Position numbers and translations under genes: made by a program | Shown: piece by piece, positions 1 through 9,457 of the stretch | Position numbering within the stretch: position 1 is the first letter of the stretch | Layout of the letters: each line of letters opens with the position of its first letter | From: Candidatus Omnitrophota bacterium | GTDB taxonomy: Bacteria; Omnitrophota; Gorgyraeia; JAHIPI01 | Assembly: GCA_016783745.1 (NCBI GenBank) | Contig: JADHVZ010000003.1 | Coordinates: 7,112 to 71,111 of the forward strand | Direction: 5' to 3' | Length of the DNA: 64,000 bases | Notes under the pieces: model-generated | What the model was told of the DNA's origin: nothing | What the model saw: the letters and a program-made list of their open reading frames with translations, nothing else | Database searches by the model: none

Positions 1-20
1 AGCATTAGATTTTATTAGGA

Positions 21-991
21 ATGAGGAGGGAACGGAAAAATATGAAGATCGGAATCGCAAAAGAGAGCAGGGGGCAGGAAAAAAGAGTCATTATACAGCC
101 CCCCGAGATAAAAAGGATCGCTAAAAGGCATGAGGTGATTGTTGAAAAAGGCGCAGGGCTCGGTATTGATATTCCGGATGAGGCCTATATTAAGGCGGGG
201 TGCAAGATAGGTTCGCGAGAGAAGGTCTATAATTGTGACCTGGTAGTTCGCATAAAGGAGCCCAATTTTGAAGAAATCAAGATGATGCGGCCTGGCGCGA
301 TTATCATGTCCATGATGCATATCCGTTGCCAGCCGGAGCTGGATGAGGTACTGCACAAACAGAAATTAATAGTGATCCCGCTGGAAAACCTGAAGGATCC
401 GGTCGGGAGAAGAAAGGTAGAGGCGGTCGAAGACGCCGGCCGGATAGGGATGGAATACGGCTTTAAGCTATGGGGGGGGGATCCCGCGGCCGCAACCGTG
501 AAGATCATGGGATACGGCAATATAGCCATGGGCGCCATCCGCTGCGCAGCGCGTAAATTTGCCAAAGTCGAGATACTGAATAAAAAGAATTTTCTCGAAA
601 TGGAAAAACATATTCCATGTACCGATATCCTGGTGGACGCTATCAACCGCCTTACCGCCGGGAAGTCGAGCAAGAACCCTATTTTGTCACTCGTGAGATG
701 CTGAAGCTCTTCAAGCAGGGGTCGGTCATAGTCGACCTGGTTTCCAACCCCGAAAAACACGCCCCCGTGGAGACCATGCACCCGACATATATAGATAATC
801 TGCACTATGTGGTCGATAGCATCTATCACACTTCCTGCTGGGGATGGCCAGGCCTGGAACCGAAGAAAATTGCCAAAAGGTATAGTCTTCAGATCGCACC
901 GATCCTCAGGGACATAGCGAATAAAGGTCTTGATAAATGTTCCCCTCAGATCAGGGCTGTTGTTTTATACCCAGAAAATAAATGGGTGTAG
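21..991 (+). pseudogene. AlaDH/PNT-family NAD(P)-dependent dehydrogenase (alanine dehydrogenase-like), split into two overlapping frames (21..704 and 617..991)
   Basis: The N-terminal ORF has an AlaDH/PNT N-domain and the Rossmann motif GYGNIAMG. The second ORF, in another frame, continues with the typical C-terminal motif (PYFVTREMLKLFKQGSVIVDLVS). The frame switch lies near 655-680 (ccgccgggaag). A G9 homopolymer lies at 472-480 inside the N-terminal part. Confidence 0.5.
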
Positions 992-1130
992 AAATTACAC
1001 AGTTCCGCAACGGTTGGCAGGGTTTAGTGCCCAAACGGCGCCCATCTAAAGCAAAAATCTTGTAAAATCCTGCTTGAAGTCACCCGCCATATAAAGTCCT
1101 TGCCGCCAGCAAAATTTAATGATATTATAT

Positions 1131-1165
1131 TGACAGAATCATCTCATAAAATATAGTAAAAAACG
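1131..1165 (+). promoter_or_regulatory. sigma70-like promoter: TTGACA, 17 nt spacer, TATAGT
   Basis: Near-consensus -35 and -10 hexamers with a 17-nt spacer in a 650-bp non-coding gap. No convincing protein gene follows within 400 nt. Confidence 0.35.
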
Positions 1166-1482
1166 TGAACTAAAACGTGGAGTGGAGGCCATTTTATATA
1201 TAAAACAGGCCGAATCTCGGCACCTCCACCACTATATGCCCTATCTATGTTTAAAGATAAGGCTTCTAGGATGCAGCAGGTTGCAGATATATTGCAAGAC
1301 GCGAAACTCAGGATGTATAAGGAAGAATGCCAAAAAGCCGCAGAAAATGGCGATAGACCGACGATGTCCAGGACTAAAGGGGTGGACATTCCTATCTCTT
1401 GATTCCTCAAGGAGTTACGGAATTTACAGCCAAAAAATACTGAACAAATAAGACAAATTTCCGATTTTTGATAAAAATATTA

Positions 1483-1576
1483 GGGTCACAAGACACAGGA
1501 CACAAGGTCACAAGACCAAGGATTTTTCTTTTCTGGTGACCTGGTGACGTGTGACCTTGTGACCCACGATTTTTTA
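1483..1576 (+). terminator. Long imperfect hairpin (GGTCACA-type 7-mers, then GTGACC-type 7-mers) followed by a T-run; terminator-like
   Basis: Left arm gggtcacaagacacaggacacaaggtcacaagaccaagg and right arm ggtgacctggtgacgtgtgaccttgtgaccc are near reverse complements around a 13-nt loop. A T6 run follows at 1571-1576. Confidence 0.4.
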
Positions 1577-1605
1577 CTAGAAACCTGCGCCTGCCCCCTT
1601 TTCAT

Positions 1606-1640
1606 TGACTTTACTCTATATTTATGTTAGAATGTTATAG
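1606..1640 (+). promoter_or_regulatory. Promoter for the receiver gene: TTGACT, 17 nt spacer, TAGAAT
   Basis: Hexamers with a 17-nt spacer sit about 30 nt upstream of the RBS (aggagg) of the CheY-like gene. Confidence 0.35.
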
Positions 1641-1669
1641 GTAATTATGTTATGAAGCCAGGAGGCATT

Positions 1670-2062
1670 ATGCGTCTAAGGAAAGTTTTAATCATAGACG
1701 ATGAAAAAGAATTTTGCGAAGTCGTTAGAATGTATTTGGAAATGACCTTGAAAAGTAATTTTCAGGTAAGCATAGCTTACGACGGAAAAGAAGGCGTTAA
1801 ACTTGCCAAGGCGATAAGGCCTGACCTGATCCTATTGGATATAGTCATGCCTATTATGGACGGCTTTAAGGTGCTGGAACAGCTTAAGCGGGATCCTGCC
1901 ACAATGTCTATTCCCGTAGTGATGCTGAGCGCTAAGGTCGACGCCGAAGCCAAGCTTAGAGCGCTGCAACTATATAATGACGAATATATCACCAAGCCTG
2001 TCGCTATGTTGGCATTAAAGGCTAAGGTTGAGGAAATATTGAAGAGGAGAGGCATCGAGTGA
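1670..2062 (+). CDS. Stand-alone response regulator receiver (CheY-like REC domain)
   Basis: LIIDDE...DLILLDIVMPIMDGF...ITKP are the conserved REC acidic pocket and K motif. The start is placed at the ATG at 1670 (AGGAGG, then 5 nt) rather than the 1652 ORF start. Confidence 0.8.
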   Translation: MRLRKVLIIDDEKEFCEVVRMYLEMTLKSNFQVSIAYDGKEGVKLAKAIRPDLILLDIVMPIMDGFKVLEQLKRDPATMSIPVVMLSAKVDAEAKLRALQLYNDEYITKPVAMLALKAKVEEILKRRGIE

Positions 2063-3840
2063 GGGTTTTCAGAATTTTTTTAATCATATCTATTTTTTTA
2101 TTGACCGCGGCATCGCTATGCCTTGCCGGGATCTTACCGGCCGCAGAAACCGGTTTTTCTTTTAATCCGAATAAACCGGATCTGGTGATCTCGGAGATCC
2201 AGCATTTTCCCATTAATCCTCTCGTAGGAGAAACGCTTACATTTACTGTCGTTGTAAAAAACATAGGTACCGAACTTGCAAGTAACGTTAAGGTTGAGAT
2301 CGCGGGCCAGAAAGGGTGGGGGAAGAGCGGTTTAATCAGGTTTATCGCTCCCGGCGCTTCTCAAACCGTATTCCTGCGCGTCAACGCGGATGAGTCACAT
2401 GCAGTCCATGACCCCCATAGTTTTATCTTTACAGTAGACCCCGAGGACGGTATTTCCGAACAGGATGAAGGTAACAACATATTTTTTAAATACCTGCGCG
2501 TCAATTTTTCATCGCACAAGGATCTGATGATATCTGATGTGCGCCTTACGCCCACGAATCCGCAAGCCGGTGGGGACCTTGTTTTTACAGTAAATGTAAG
2601 TAATGTGGGAGGTTCGGTCGGCAAGGATGTGGAAGTGGAAGTTTACGATCAAAGGGGCTGGAGAAATAAAGATTCAATAGATTATATTCTTCCGGGTGGA
2701 AATAAAAGTATCGCGATATCCCTGAAGGCGGACGATGAACACTTTGCCTCAAATCCGCATAGTTTTACCGTAAAATTAGATCCTGCTAATGTCATTGCTG
2801 AATCAAACGAACTTAATAATTTATATTCGGTTCCGACGCTAGTCAATATAGCCAAAGTAGGCTTGCCGTCGGCAACGCCGCCTGCTGATACACCTGCTAT
2901 AGCTATATCCGCAGCAAATATGATCTCAGCTAAGCAAGCGGCTGAAGGGGAACACGAAATGGTCGCCGAAGCGTATATGGCGCCTGTTGAGCCGGTTTTA
3001 CCTATTGCCAAAGATCTCTACTATGATCTGCAGGATCAGATAGATGGCATAAAAGGGCACCCGGACCTTTTGCAAAAGGGAGAGTTTGATTCTTCGTTGC
3101 GGCAGCTGACCGACGAGGCGGAATCTCATAATGTATTCATAAAGACTGAACTCGGAAGTCATTTTAGTCAGTGGCACCAATATCCTTACAGCAAGTACCA
3201 CAAAGATAACACTTTTAAAGCGTTGGCCGGTCTAAAAAAGGATTTAAACATAACTGAAGCTAAGGGCGATACGGCGGAGACCGAAGAGCTTAAGGCCATA
3301 GCGAAATTAAGCGAAATGGGCGTTGTGCGCAGACCGGATAAAGGCATGAGGCCGGATTTTACCGAAGAACTTTCGGAAAAAAGGTCAGAGCTAAGCCAGG
3401 ATGAGAAGGAATTAAAGGGCTTGCTTGAGAGTTTTTTATCCATTCCTATTGTAAGTCCCATAGAAGTTATGCAGGATACTATAGCGGTGTTTAAAAAGAT
3501 GGGTATCCGTTACAGGATAAGCGAGCCGGACAAGATAGTAGCCAATGCGGAAACTATTATGGAGATAGGCTCTTTTTACGGTAAAAGTGCTTTTTCCAAA
3601 CGTCTTAAATTTAAGAGATTGATGTCAGAGATCGTGATGTGGGAACAGAATATCACTAAAAAGATATCTCTGCGCAGCCTTGACCATGAGAGGGAAGTGT
3701 CCGAGGGGCTGGTTGCCAAGTACGGAAATAAGGTAGCGGCCCTCAGCGAGGCTTTTGATGATAACATGCTTGATGTGGACCGGATACTTAGATCGCAACT
3801 TGAGGTTGTAAGGGAAGCGGAAAAAGCATTTCTGGATTAA
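2059..3840 (+). CDS. Secreted protein with two CARDB-like domains and a long E/K-rich C-terminal region
   Basis: A signal peptide, then two repeats of the DLxISxxxxxPxNPxxGxxLTFTVxVxNxG pattern typical of CARDB. The GTG start overlaps the upstream stop codon. Confidence 0.5.
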   Translation: MRVFRIFLIISIFLLTAASLCLAGILPAAETGFSFNPNKPDLVISEIQHFPINPLVGETLTFTVVVKNIGTELASNVKVEIAGQKGWGKSGLIRFIAPGASQTVFLRVNADESHAVHDPHSFIFTVDPEDGISEQDEGNNIFFKYLRVNFSSHKDLMISDVRLTPTNPQAGGDLVFTVNVSNVGGSVGKDVEVEVYDQRGWRNKDSIDYILPGGNKSIAISLKADDEHFASNPHSFTVKLDPANVIAESNELNNLYSVPTLVNIAKVGLPSATPPADTPAIAISAANMISAKQAAEGEHEMVAEAYMAPVEPVLPIAKDLYYDLQDQIDGIKGHPDLLQKGEFDSSLRQLTDEAESHNVFIKTELGSHFSQWHQYPYSKYHKDNTFKALAGLKKDLNITEAKGDTAETEELKAIAKLSEMGVVRRPDKGMRPDFTEELSEKRSELSQDEKELKGLLESFLSIPIVSPIEVMQDTIAVFKKMGIRYRISEPDKIVANAETIMEIGSFYGKSAFSKRLKFKRLMSEIVMWEQNITKKISLRSLDHEREVSEGLVAKYGNKVAALSEAFDDNMLDVDRILRSQLEVVREAEKAFLD

Positions 3841-3850
3841 AGGCCCGTGT

Positions 3851-4570
3851 CTATTTATTTGATAAGGCTTTCGTAAAACCAAGCAGTGTGTCTATAGCGT
3901 AATTTATACAATATATAAGCTCGGCCCTGATTTTAGGCAATAGCGGCGCGTAAAAGGGTTGCTCTTCCACGATATCCGTGACATAAAGCAGGGCGGCAGC
4001 TCTTCTCTTGATATAACGTGACGCCGCAAAGAGCGCAGAACATTCCATATCTACCACATCGATACCTTGCTTACCGAAAAAAGCCAATTTTTCCGCCTCC
4101 ATCTTCAGGGAGCCGAATGTTACGCACTGCGCCTTTTTTATCATTTTATCTTTATCGCAGGCGATAAGTTCTTCAATAAGCGGCTCGTCCGGATAAAAGA
4201 CATCGCAGTCTTTAACTTTATCATGGAGGACATTTGTAAAGCTTTCGCAGGCGTGGCTCTGGAGAGGGATTACAAGGCTGCCGATTTCAAGACCCCGTTT
4301 TTTTTCGATCAAACCACACGAACCGAATACAAGGATATTTTCGCAGGGCGTGTCCTCAAGATAAAGGACCGCATCGCCCAAAAGATGAGTACCTATCCCT
4401 GTCCTTATCAGCGTGAAATTCCCGGTATTTGACGCACTGTATAATTTCCCGCGGGATAGTTTTTGGATACCCAGCCTTCTGAGTGTATCTCTCGCCACTA
4501 ACGGCATCAGTATGCACGTTTTTTTTATATCCTTCTCGGTTAGCCCGAACAGTACATCAAATGTGCTCAT
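3851..4570 (-). CDS. PNP/UDP phosphorylase family protein (MTA/SAH nucleosidase or futalosine hydrolase-like)
   Basis: IRTGIGTHLLGDAV...VFGSCGLI...VVDMECSALF are motifs of the Pfs/MqnB nucleosidase fold. Confidence 0.55.
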   Translation of the reverse strand: MSTFDVLFGLTEKDIKKTCILMPLVARDTLRRLGIQKLSRGKLYSASNTGNFTLIRTGIGTHLLGDAVLYLEDTPCENILVFGSCGLIEKKRGLEIGSLVIPLQSHACESFTNVLHDKVKDCDVFYPDEPLIEELIACDKDKMIKKAQCVTFGSLKMEAEKLAFFGKQGIDVVDMECSALFAASRYIKRRAAALLYVTDIVEEQPFYAPLLPKIRAELIYCINYAIDTLLGFTKALSNK

Positions 4571-4766
4571 TCAGTATGAAGCCTCTCATAGCCCGCCCTT
4601 CGCAATAGGTGAACGGGTCAACAGGCTATAGTATACCCCATGCCTATTGAGTATATCCAGTATTTTTTTCGTGATCCCGTATCCGGGGCGTTATGTACGT
4701 ATATCTACATAGGTTCCCCTAATCCTATTCCCATACATCTATTATACCGAAACATCGTCCGTTTGA

Positions 4767-4800
4767 GAAACGTTTCCTGTTTGACTTAGAAAGCGTTTCT
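4767..4800. promoter_or_regulatory. Two palindromic boxes (GAAACGTTTC; AGAAA-gcg-TTTCT) in the divergent promoter; the second lies inside the spacer of TTGACT(4781)-17-TAGTAT(4804)
   Basis: A perfect 10-bp palindrome at 4767-4776. A second palindromic site at 4788-4800 overlaps the predicted promoter of the photoproduct-lyase-like gene. Confidence 0.35.
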
Positions 4801-4817
4801 AAGTAGTATATATAGGT

Positions 4818-6149
4818 ATGGACATAAAAGACATAGTCGGGAAAAGGTTTCCTCGATTTGGAGTAAATAAGCGGCAGGAGATAGCGCGACTTCTTTATGA
4901 AATATCTAAAAAAGAAGATGTTTCCTTCGAATGTATTATTGACGGTGTTTTGCGCGGACCAACAAAATTTGCCGATATTAAAGATTACCTTACCCGGCGG
5001 CGGTTCCCGCGTCGCACAGCTTCACCCGGGCGTTTTACCGCTTATTTGCCGGATCTTGATCTTGACCCGTCAAAAAAGGCAAGTATAAAAAAAAGAAAGA
5101 TAAATCCTAAAAACATTTACGCGGATAAAAAATCAGAAAAAAGCCCGCTTAGCATACGGCTCAAAAAAGCCTTCCCTCGTGCTGATTTTAAAACAATAAC
5201 CTCACTGAAGGGATATATTAAAGATAAGCGTTTTGATATAAAAGATCACAACCGCAGACGGGACAATTTCTTTGTAGTGCGCGAGGGATATGATTTTTTT
5301 AAGCACTGCCCCTGCACCTCCAAAGCTTTATCATGCGGCTATAATATATTCAACCTCGGGTTTGGTTGTGTTTTTGAGTGCGCATATTGCTACCTGCAGG
5401 AATACACGAATTCTCCGGGTATAATATTGCCTTCAAACATAGAAGATTTCTTTAAAGCCTTCAAGGGCACTGGGCGGAGCTTGAGAATAGGAACCGGAGA
5501 ATTTACAGATTCCCTGGCGCTGGATAGCATAACAGGATTTTCGACTATGATCATCGATTTTTTCAGAAGGCATCCTGACGCGGTATTTGAGTTTAAGACA
5601 AAGAGTGATAATATAAAAAACATTATCTCCGCGAAACCGGCCGATAATATCGTCATATCCTGGTCGCTCAATCCGCAATCCGTAATAGAAACCGAAGAGC
5701 ATCATACGGTATCTTTAGAGCGCCGTCTCGATGCCGCCATTAAATGCGTCAAGGCAGGGTTTACGGTCGGCTTCCATTTTGACCCGATCTTAGATTACGA
5801 GGGATGGGAGATCGATTACAAACGCGTGGTGGATCAGATTTTTAGCGCCCTGGATAGAAAGACGGTGAGATGGATCAGCCTGGGGACATTGCGTTTTGCG
5901 CCCGCGCTGAAGAAGACGATCGAAATGAGGTTTCCGCAAACTCGTATACTTGACGGCGAGCTCGCGCCGGATTTTGACAGAAAAATGCGTTACAGCGAAT
6001 CCATACGCATAGAGATATACAGGAAGATGCTGACGTGGATACGCGAAAGATCTGAGCGTGTCCCTGTCTATCTATGTATGGAAAATAAGAATGTCTGGAA
6101 AAGCGTTTCCGCTACTTCCCGTAAAGGACTTTCAACTGCTCTACTGTAG
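4818..6149 (+). CDS. Radical SAM DNA repair enzyme, spore photoproduct lyase (SplB) family, with an ~100 aa N-terminal extension
   Basis: Cx3Cx2C cluster GCVFECAYCY and SPL-family C-terminal region (WISLGTLRF...). Confidence 0.7.
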   Translation: MDIKDIVGKRFPRFGVNKRQEIARLLYEISKKEDVSFECIIDGVLRGPTKFADIKDYLTRRRFPRRTASPGRFTAYLPDLDLDPSKKASIKKRKINPKNIYADKKSEKSPLSIRLKKAFPRADFKTITSLKGYIKDKRFDIKDHNRRRDNFFVVREGYDFFKHCPCTSKALSCGYNIFNLGFGCVFECAYCYLQEYTNSPGIILPSNIEDFFKAFKGTGRSLRIGTGEFTDSLALDSITGFSTMIIDFFRRHPDAVFEFKTKSDNIKNIISAKPADNIVISWSLNPQSVIETEEHHTVSLERRLDAAIKCVKAGFTVGFHFDPILDYEGWEIDYKRVVDQIFSALDRKTVRWISLGTLRFAPALKKTIEMRFPQTRILDGELAPDFDRKMRYSESIRIEIYRKMLTWIRERSERVPVYLCMENKNVWKSVSATSRKGLSTALL

Positions 6150-6550
6150 GGTGCCCCGGGTAGAACTCGCCTTGAGGTCCTATGTAGCCATCCCACTGAT
6201 TTCTCTAAGGTAACAATTTTGTAGCTCTTGTTGGAATCAGGAATATAGATCGCTACCGTTTCACCTTTTGTATGCGCGGCCGCGGGTGCGACAACAACAG
6301 TGGCTCTACGCACGGTTTTTACAATAACATCCCTGGAGCACTTCTGGTTTAGAAGCGCCCAGCCGTATAGCGATGTCAATCCTCTTGCCACAGGCGATAA
6401 GAAATGCTGTTTGACGACCACTTTTTTATAGTGAGGCCTATGCCTCCGGTTGTGCCAGTTCCATGCAAGCGCGTCACCTGACTGAGCAAGGAATACAGTG
6501 CCTATGATGACCGGGACCAATGCCCTGCTGATGTTCCCCTTTTTGTACAT
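6068..6550 (-). CDS. Small secreted/basic hypothetical protein (start at internal Met MYKKG; strong AAGGAGG RBS)
   Basis: RBS and ATG are on the minus strand at 6550. The N-terminus looks like a signal peptide. The 3' end overlaps the end of the SPL-like gene by ~80 bp, which lowers confidence. Confidence 0.35.
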   Translation of the reverse strand: MYKKGNISRALVPVIIGTVFLAQSGDALAWNWHNRRHRPHYKKVVVKQHFLSPVARGLTSLYGWALLNQKCSRDVIVKTVRRATVVVAPAAAHTKGETVAIYIPDSNKSYKIVTLEKSVGWLHRTSRRVLPGAPYSRAVESPLREVAETLFQTFLFSIHR

Positions 6551-6653
6551 ATGCCGCCTCCTTTTATGCATTAGACGGATTGATTTGAAAAAGGTTTACA
6601 TGGATCTAAATTTACTTGGAAGTTTCGGAGTTTGGGGCTATAATATATAACCG

Positions 6654-7895
6654 ATGACCGCCAAACTATATAAACGATATCTAACTGTAATTATATCTAT
6701 AGGATTGCTTGCGGGATGCGGCAGGCAGGAGGCGCCCGGTGTTCTTAGCCCGCGTCAGAAGCTTACCATAGCTATTAACCTGACCGAAGAAGAGCGGCTC
6801 TTCTTCGGTCAGCATATATTTCCGGAATTCGAAAAGCAGCACAGAATAAGTGTCAGGGAGCTTCGAATCGATCCGGGGCATCTTGTTGAAAAGCTTGAAG
6901 CCTCCCGGGCCTCTGACAGCTCAGAGATAGATCTTTTTGCTCTTGATAGTATGGAGACGGCAATTATTACTGGCAAGGGCCTTGCCTTAGATCTCTCAGG
7001 ATACGAGGGGCAGATCCCGGAAGAAGTACCTCGCAATATGATCGAATTCTGTAAACTTGACGGGAAGCTCATGTTTATGCCGTTCAGGCCGGACGTACAG
7101 ATAATGTACTACAATTATGACGCATTCAGCAGTTACGGCCTCGCGGCACCACAAAGATGGGGCTATTTGCTTGAATTAGCTCAGAAATTTAAAGAATCTG
7201 AAGGGGAAGGAAGGGTCCTTTTAAAGGCCTCCGGAGGGGATCCTACGGCAATACAGATATATGAATTTATTCTGCAGGCTGACGGCGATCCGTACGCATT
7301 TGATGATATAGGATGTATTCAGACCTTTAGGTTTCTGCAAAAGCTCTGGCAATACACCTCGAAAGAGTCACTTGAGGCGGGGCGGGATGCTACAAACGAC
7401 ATATTCGCGAAACAGGAAGTATATCTTGCCCAAAACTGGTCGTCTAACATCATTGCCCTTAATTCTCGCGAACTCCCGTTCCGCTTTATGACTTTTAGCG
7501 GGTTGGAAGGCCCGGCAGGCGAACACCATGTTATCGGCGGCGAAGTCTTTGGCATACCGGGTGCGTCAAAAAATGCCGGATCAGCGCTGAGATTCATAGA
7601 ATATATTCAGTCAAAAAAAGTACAAGAGGTCCTTGTCTCTGAACTTGGCTGGCCGTCCATGAGAGAGGATGCTTATGAACAGACGGTAGCCGACTCTTAC
7701 ATGAGGGCGCACTACGTCTCGATCAAAAAAGCGTTAAAACGCGGCGTTTTCAGGAAAAGCGTTACATGGTGGCCGGCATATGCAAAATATATCAATGAGG
7801 CTTTCAGGGAGATAGTTGTGGGCGGCGCGCCTGCCGAAGAGACCCTTACCAAGTATAAAGAAAAACTGGAAGATGAAAAATCCGCGTATAGATAA
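6654..7895 (+). CDS. ABC transporter substrate-binding lipoprotein (extracellular solute-binding family 1-like)
   Basis: Lipobox LLAGCG, ~410 aa, overall SBP_bac_1-like composition. No permease or ATPase genes are adjacent. Confidence 0.5.
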   Translation: MTAKLYKRYLTVIISIGLLAGCGRQEAPGVLSPRQKLTIAINLTEEERLFFGQHIFPEFEKQHRISVRELRIDPGHLVEKLEASRASDSSEIDLFALDSMETAIITGKGLALDLSGYEGQIPEEVPRNMIEFCKLDGKLMFMPFRPDVQIMYYNYDAFSSYGLAAPQRWGYLLELAQKFKESEGEGRVLLKASGGDPTAIQIYEFILQADGDPYAFDDIGCIQTFRFLQKLWQYTSKESLEAGRDATNDIFAKQEVYLAQNWSSNIIALNSRELPFRFMTFSGLEGPAGEHHVIGGEVFGIPGASKNAGSALRFIEYIQSKKVQEVLVSELGWPSMREDAYEQTVADSYMRAHYVSIKKALKRGVFRKSVTWWPAYAKYINEAFREIVVGGAPAEETLTKYKEKLEDEKSAYR

Positions 7896-7907
7896 ACCGG
7901 GATCAAA

Positions 7908-8474
7908 GTGAAAAACATACTATCAGGGATTATCACTATCGCATTTCTTATATCTGCCGTACCATGCCGCGGTGCCGAGATCGAACTTACGATGAATTGC
8001 TACAAAGACTCCTTTGAGTTGAGCGATCAGGTGATACTTGAGGTCACATGGAAGAACACCGGCCCGGAAGGCATTCACGTGTTTGTTCCTGAGATACATG
8101 ACGGCTTGAACCTGAGGATAATTGATGAATCTGGAAGTGAGAGGCGTATCTTTCAGACAGTAGAATATAAATATGATAAGGTTAGCAAAGAGGCCTTCCG
8201 CGCTCTGGAGCCGGGCGGGAAATTCTCATCAGTGATCTCAGCTACTTTAGAGCTGCCTTATATTTATAATTATCCTTACAAAACTCAAGAGGATTCAGAG
8301 GACCTGTATTTGTTTGCTATGGATGATACCGCATGTTATGTTAAACCGGGAAAATATGAAATACAGTACCGCTATATTAATATTATCAATTCTTATTACG
8401 ATGAGAAGGGTGAACAGCGGGGCGTCTGGACAGGCAACGCCGAATCAGGAACCGTTACGATAGAGATCAAATAG
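7908..8474 (+). CDS. Hypothetical secreted protein
   Basis: N-terminal signal peptide. No recognisable motifs. Confidence 0.4.
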   Translation: MKNILSGIITIAFLISAVPCRGAEIELTMNCYKDSFELSDQVILEVTWKNTGPEGIHVFVPEIHDGLNLRIIDESGSERRIFQTVEYKYDKVSKEAFRALEPGGKFSSVISATLELPYIYNYPYKTQEDSEDLYLFAMDDTACYVKPGKYEIQYRYINIINSYYDEKGEQRGVWTGNAESGTVTIEIK

Positions 8475-8526
8475 CGGATTCTTTTTAAATAAGGTATCAT
8501 AATGTGATGCGAAAAAGGAGAAAAAA

Positions 8527-8976
8527 ATGAAAGACCTGGAAGCGATTTTGAAGGAGCATCCTTTTTTCAAAGGCCTGGATCAGAAGCATCTTGAGTTTAT
8601 CGCCGGTTGCGGTAATAATGTAGCGTTTAAAGATGGTGATATCATATTGAAAGAAGGGCAAGACGCGGATAAATTTTATATCATACGTCAGGGCAAGGTA
8701 GCAATATTCATAGCCCACCCGAGTTCTATCACGATCCAGACGATTAAAGAAGGTGATATTCTTGGGTGGTCATGGCTTATTCCGCCGCATAAGTATCGTT
8801 TTAGCGCGCGAGCCCTTGAAGATACGCGTGCCGTCGCGTTGGACGGGAAATGTCTCAAGGCTAAATGCGAAGAAAATCACGAGTTGGGGTATAATCTGCT
8901 AAAAAGTCTGGTTGATGTTTTAGCGGGCCGTCTCGAAGCTACAAGGATACAGCTTTTAGACATTTATAATAAGTAA
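8527..8976 (+). CDS. Cyclic nucleotide-binding domain protein (cNMP-binding, no output domain)
   Basis: FKDGDIILKEGQDADKFYIIRQGKV...GWSWLIPPHKYRFSARALEDTRAVAL fits the CAP/cNMP beta-barrel. Only 149 aa and no HTH. Confidence 0.7.
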   Translation: MKDLEAILKEHPFFKGLDQKHLEFIAGCGNNVAFKDGDIILKEGQDADKFYIIRQGKVAIFIAHPSSITIQTIKEGDILGWSWLIPPHKYRFSARALEDTRAVALDGKCLKAKCEENHELGYNLLKSLVDVLAGRLEATRIQLLDIYNK

Positions 8977-9027
8977 AGGAGTTTAAAGATGGCTAGGAGG
9001 TTAACCTTCATGGTGTGCCGGTGAGGC

Positions 9028-9444
9028 ATGATCAGAGGCAAGCATCCGTGGGGATTTAAAAAGACATTGAAACCGACGGATAAGAGGCTGAGGAACATCA
9101 GGGGTTTTACGTTTATGAATTCGAGCTTTTCAAGCAAGACAGCCAGGCTAAAAAAGCATATATTGGACAGAGGCTGCAAGGCTGTTCTGGTCGAAGAAGA
9201 ATATGCGGGAGTGCCGGCCTATTACCTTCACATTGACCATGATGACTCCGATGACCCGATCACGGACGAGGACGTCTGGTTCGAAAAGGAAACTTATCTG
9301 GGGAAAATTAGCCGTAGAGCCTACCGGCCCGATTTTATAGAGATCGTGGACGTTGATTACAAAAGGCCTGCGGAGACCGAGACAAGAAAAGCGGATCTTA
9401 TTATGTCGCGGCAGTTAGGTACTGTCAGGCATCAGGGGAAATAA
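9028..9444 (+). CDS. Hypothetical acidic protein
   Basis: ORF sits between the cNMP-binding gene and the beta-CASP nuclease gene with short gaps. No motifs recognised. Confidence 0.35.
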   Translation: MIRGKHPWGFKKTLKPTDKRLRNIRGFTFMNSSFSSKTARLKKHILDRGCKAVLVEEEYAGVPAYYLHIDHDDSDDPITDEDVWFEKETYLGKISRRAYRPDFIEIVDVDYKRPAETETRKADLIMSRQLGTVRHQGK

Positions 9445-9457
9445 ATAGGGAGAATAT

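Noticed and set aside
1182-1451. 89-aa ORF (GTG start) in the 991-1650 gap as a real protein gene
   Set aside because: It has no ATG and only a weak RBS context, with Cys/Arg-rich odd composition, and overlaps an antisense ORF of similar size. It is kept only as part of a possible sRNA or small-protein locus.
8527-8976. cNMP-binding protein as the effector of a CBASS/Pycsar-type defence system
   Set aside because: No nucleotide cyclase (CD-NTase or PycC-like) and no TIR, transmembrane or nuclease effector are fused to it or adjacent to it. The neighbouring beta-CASP nuclease looks like an RNA-metabolism enzyme.
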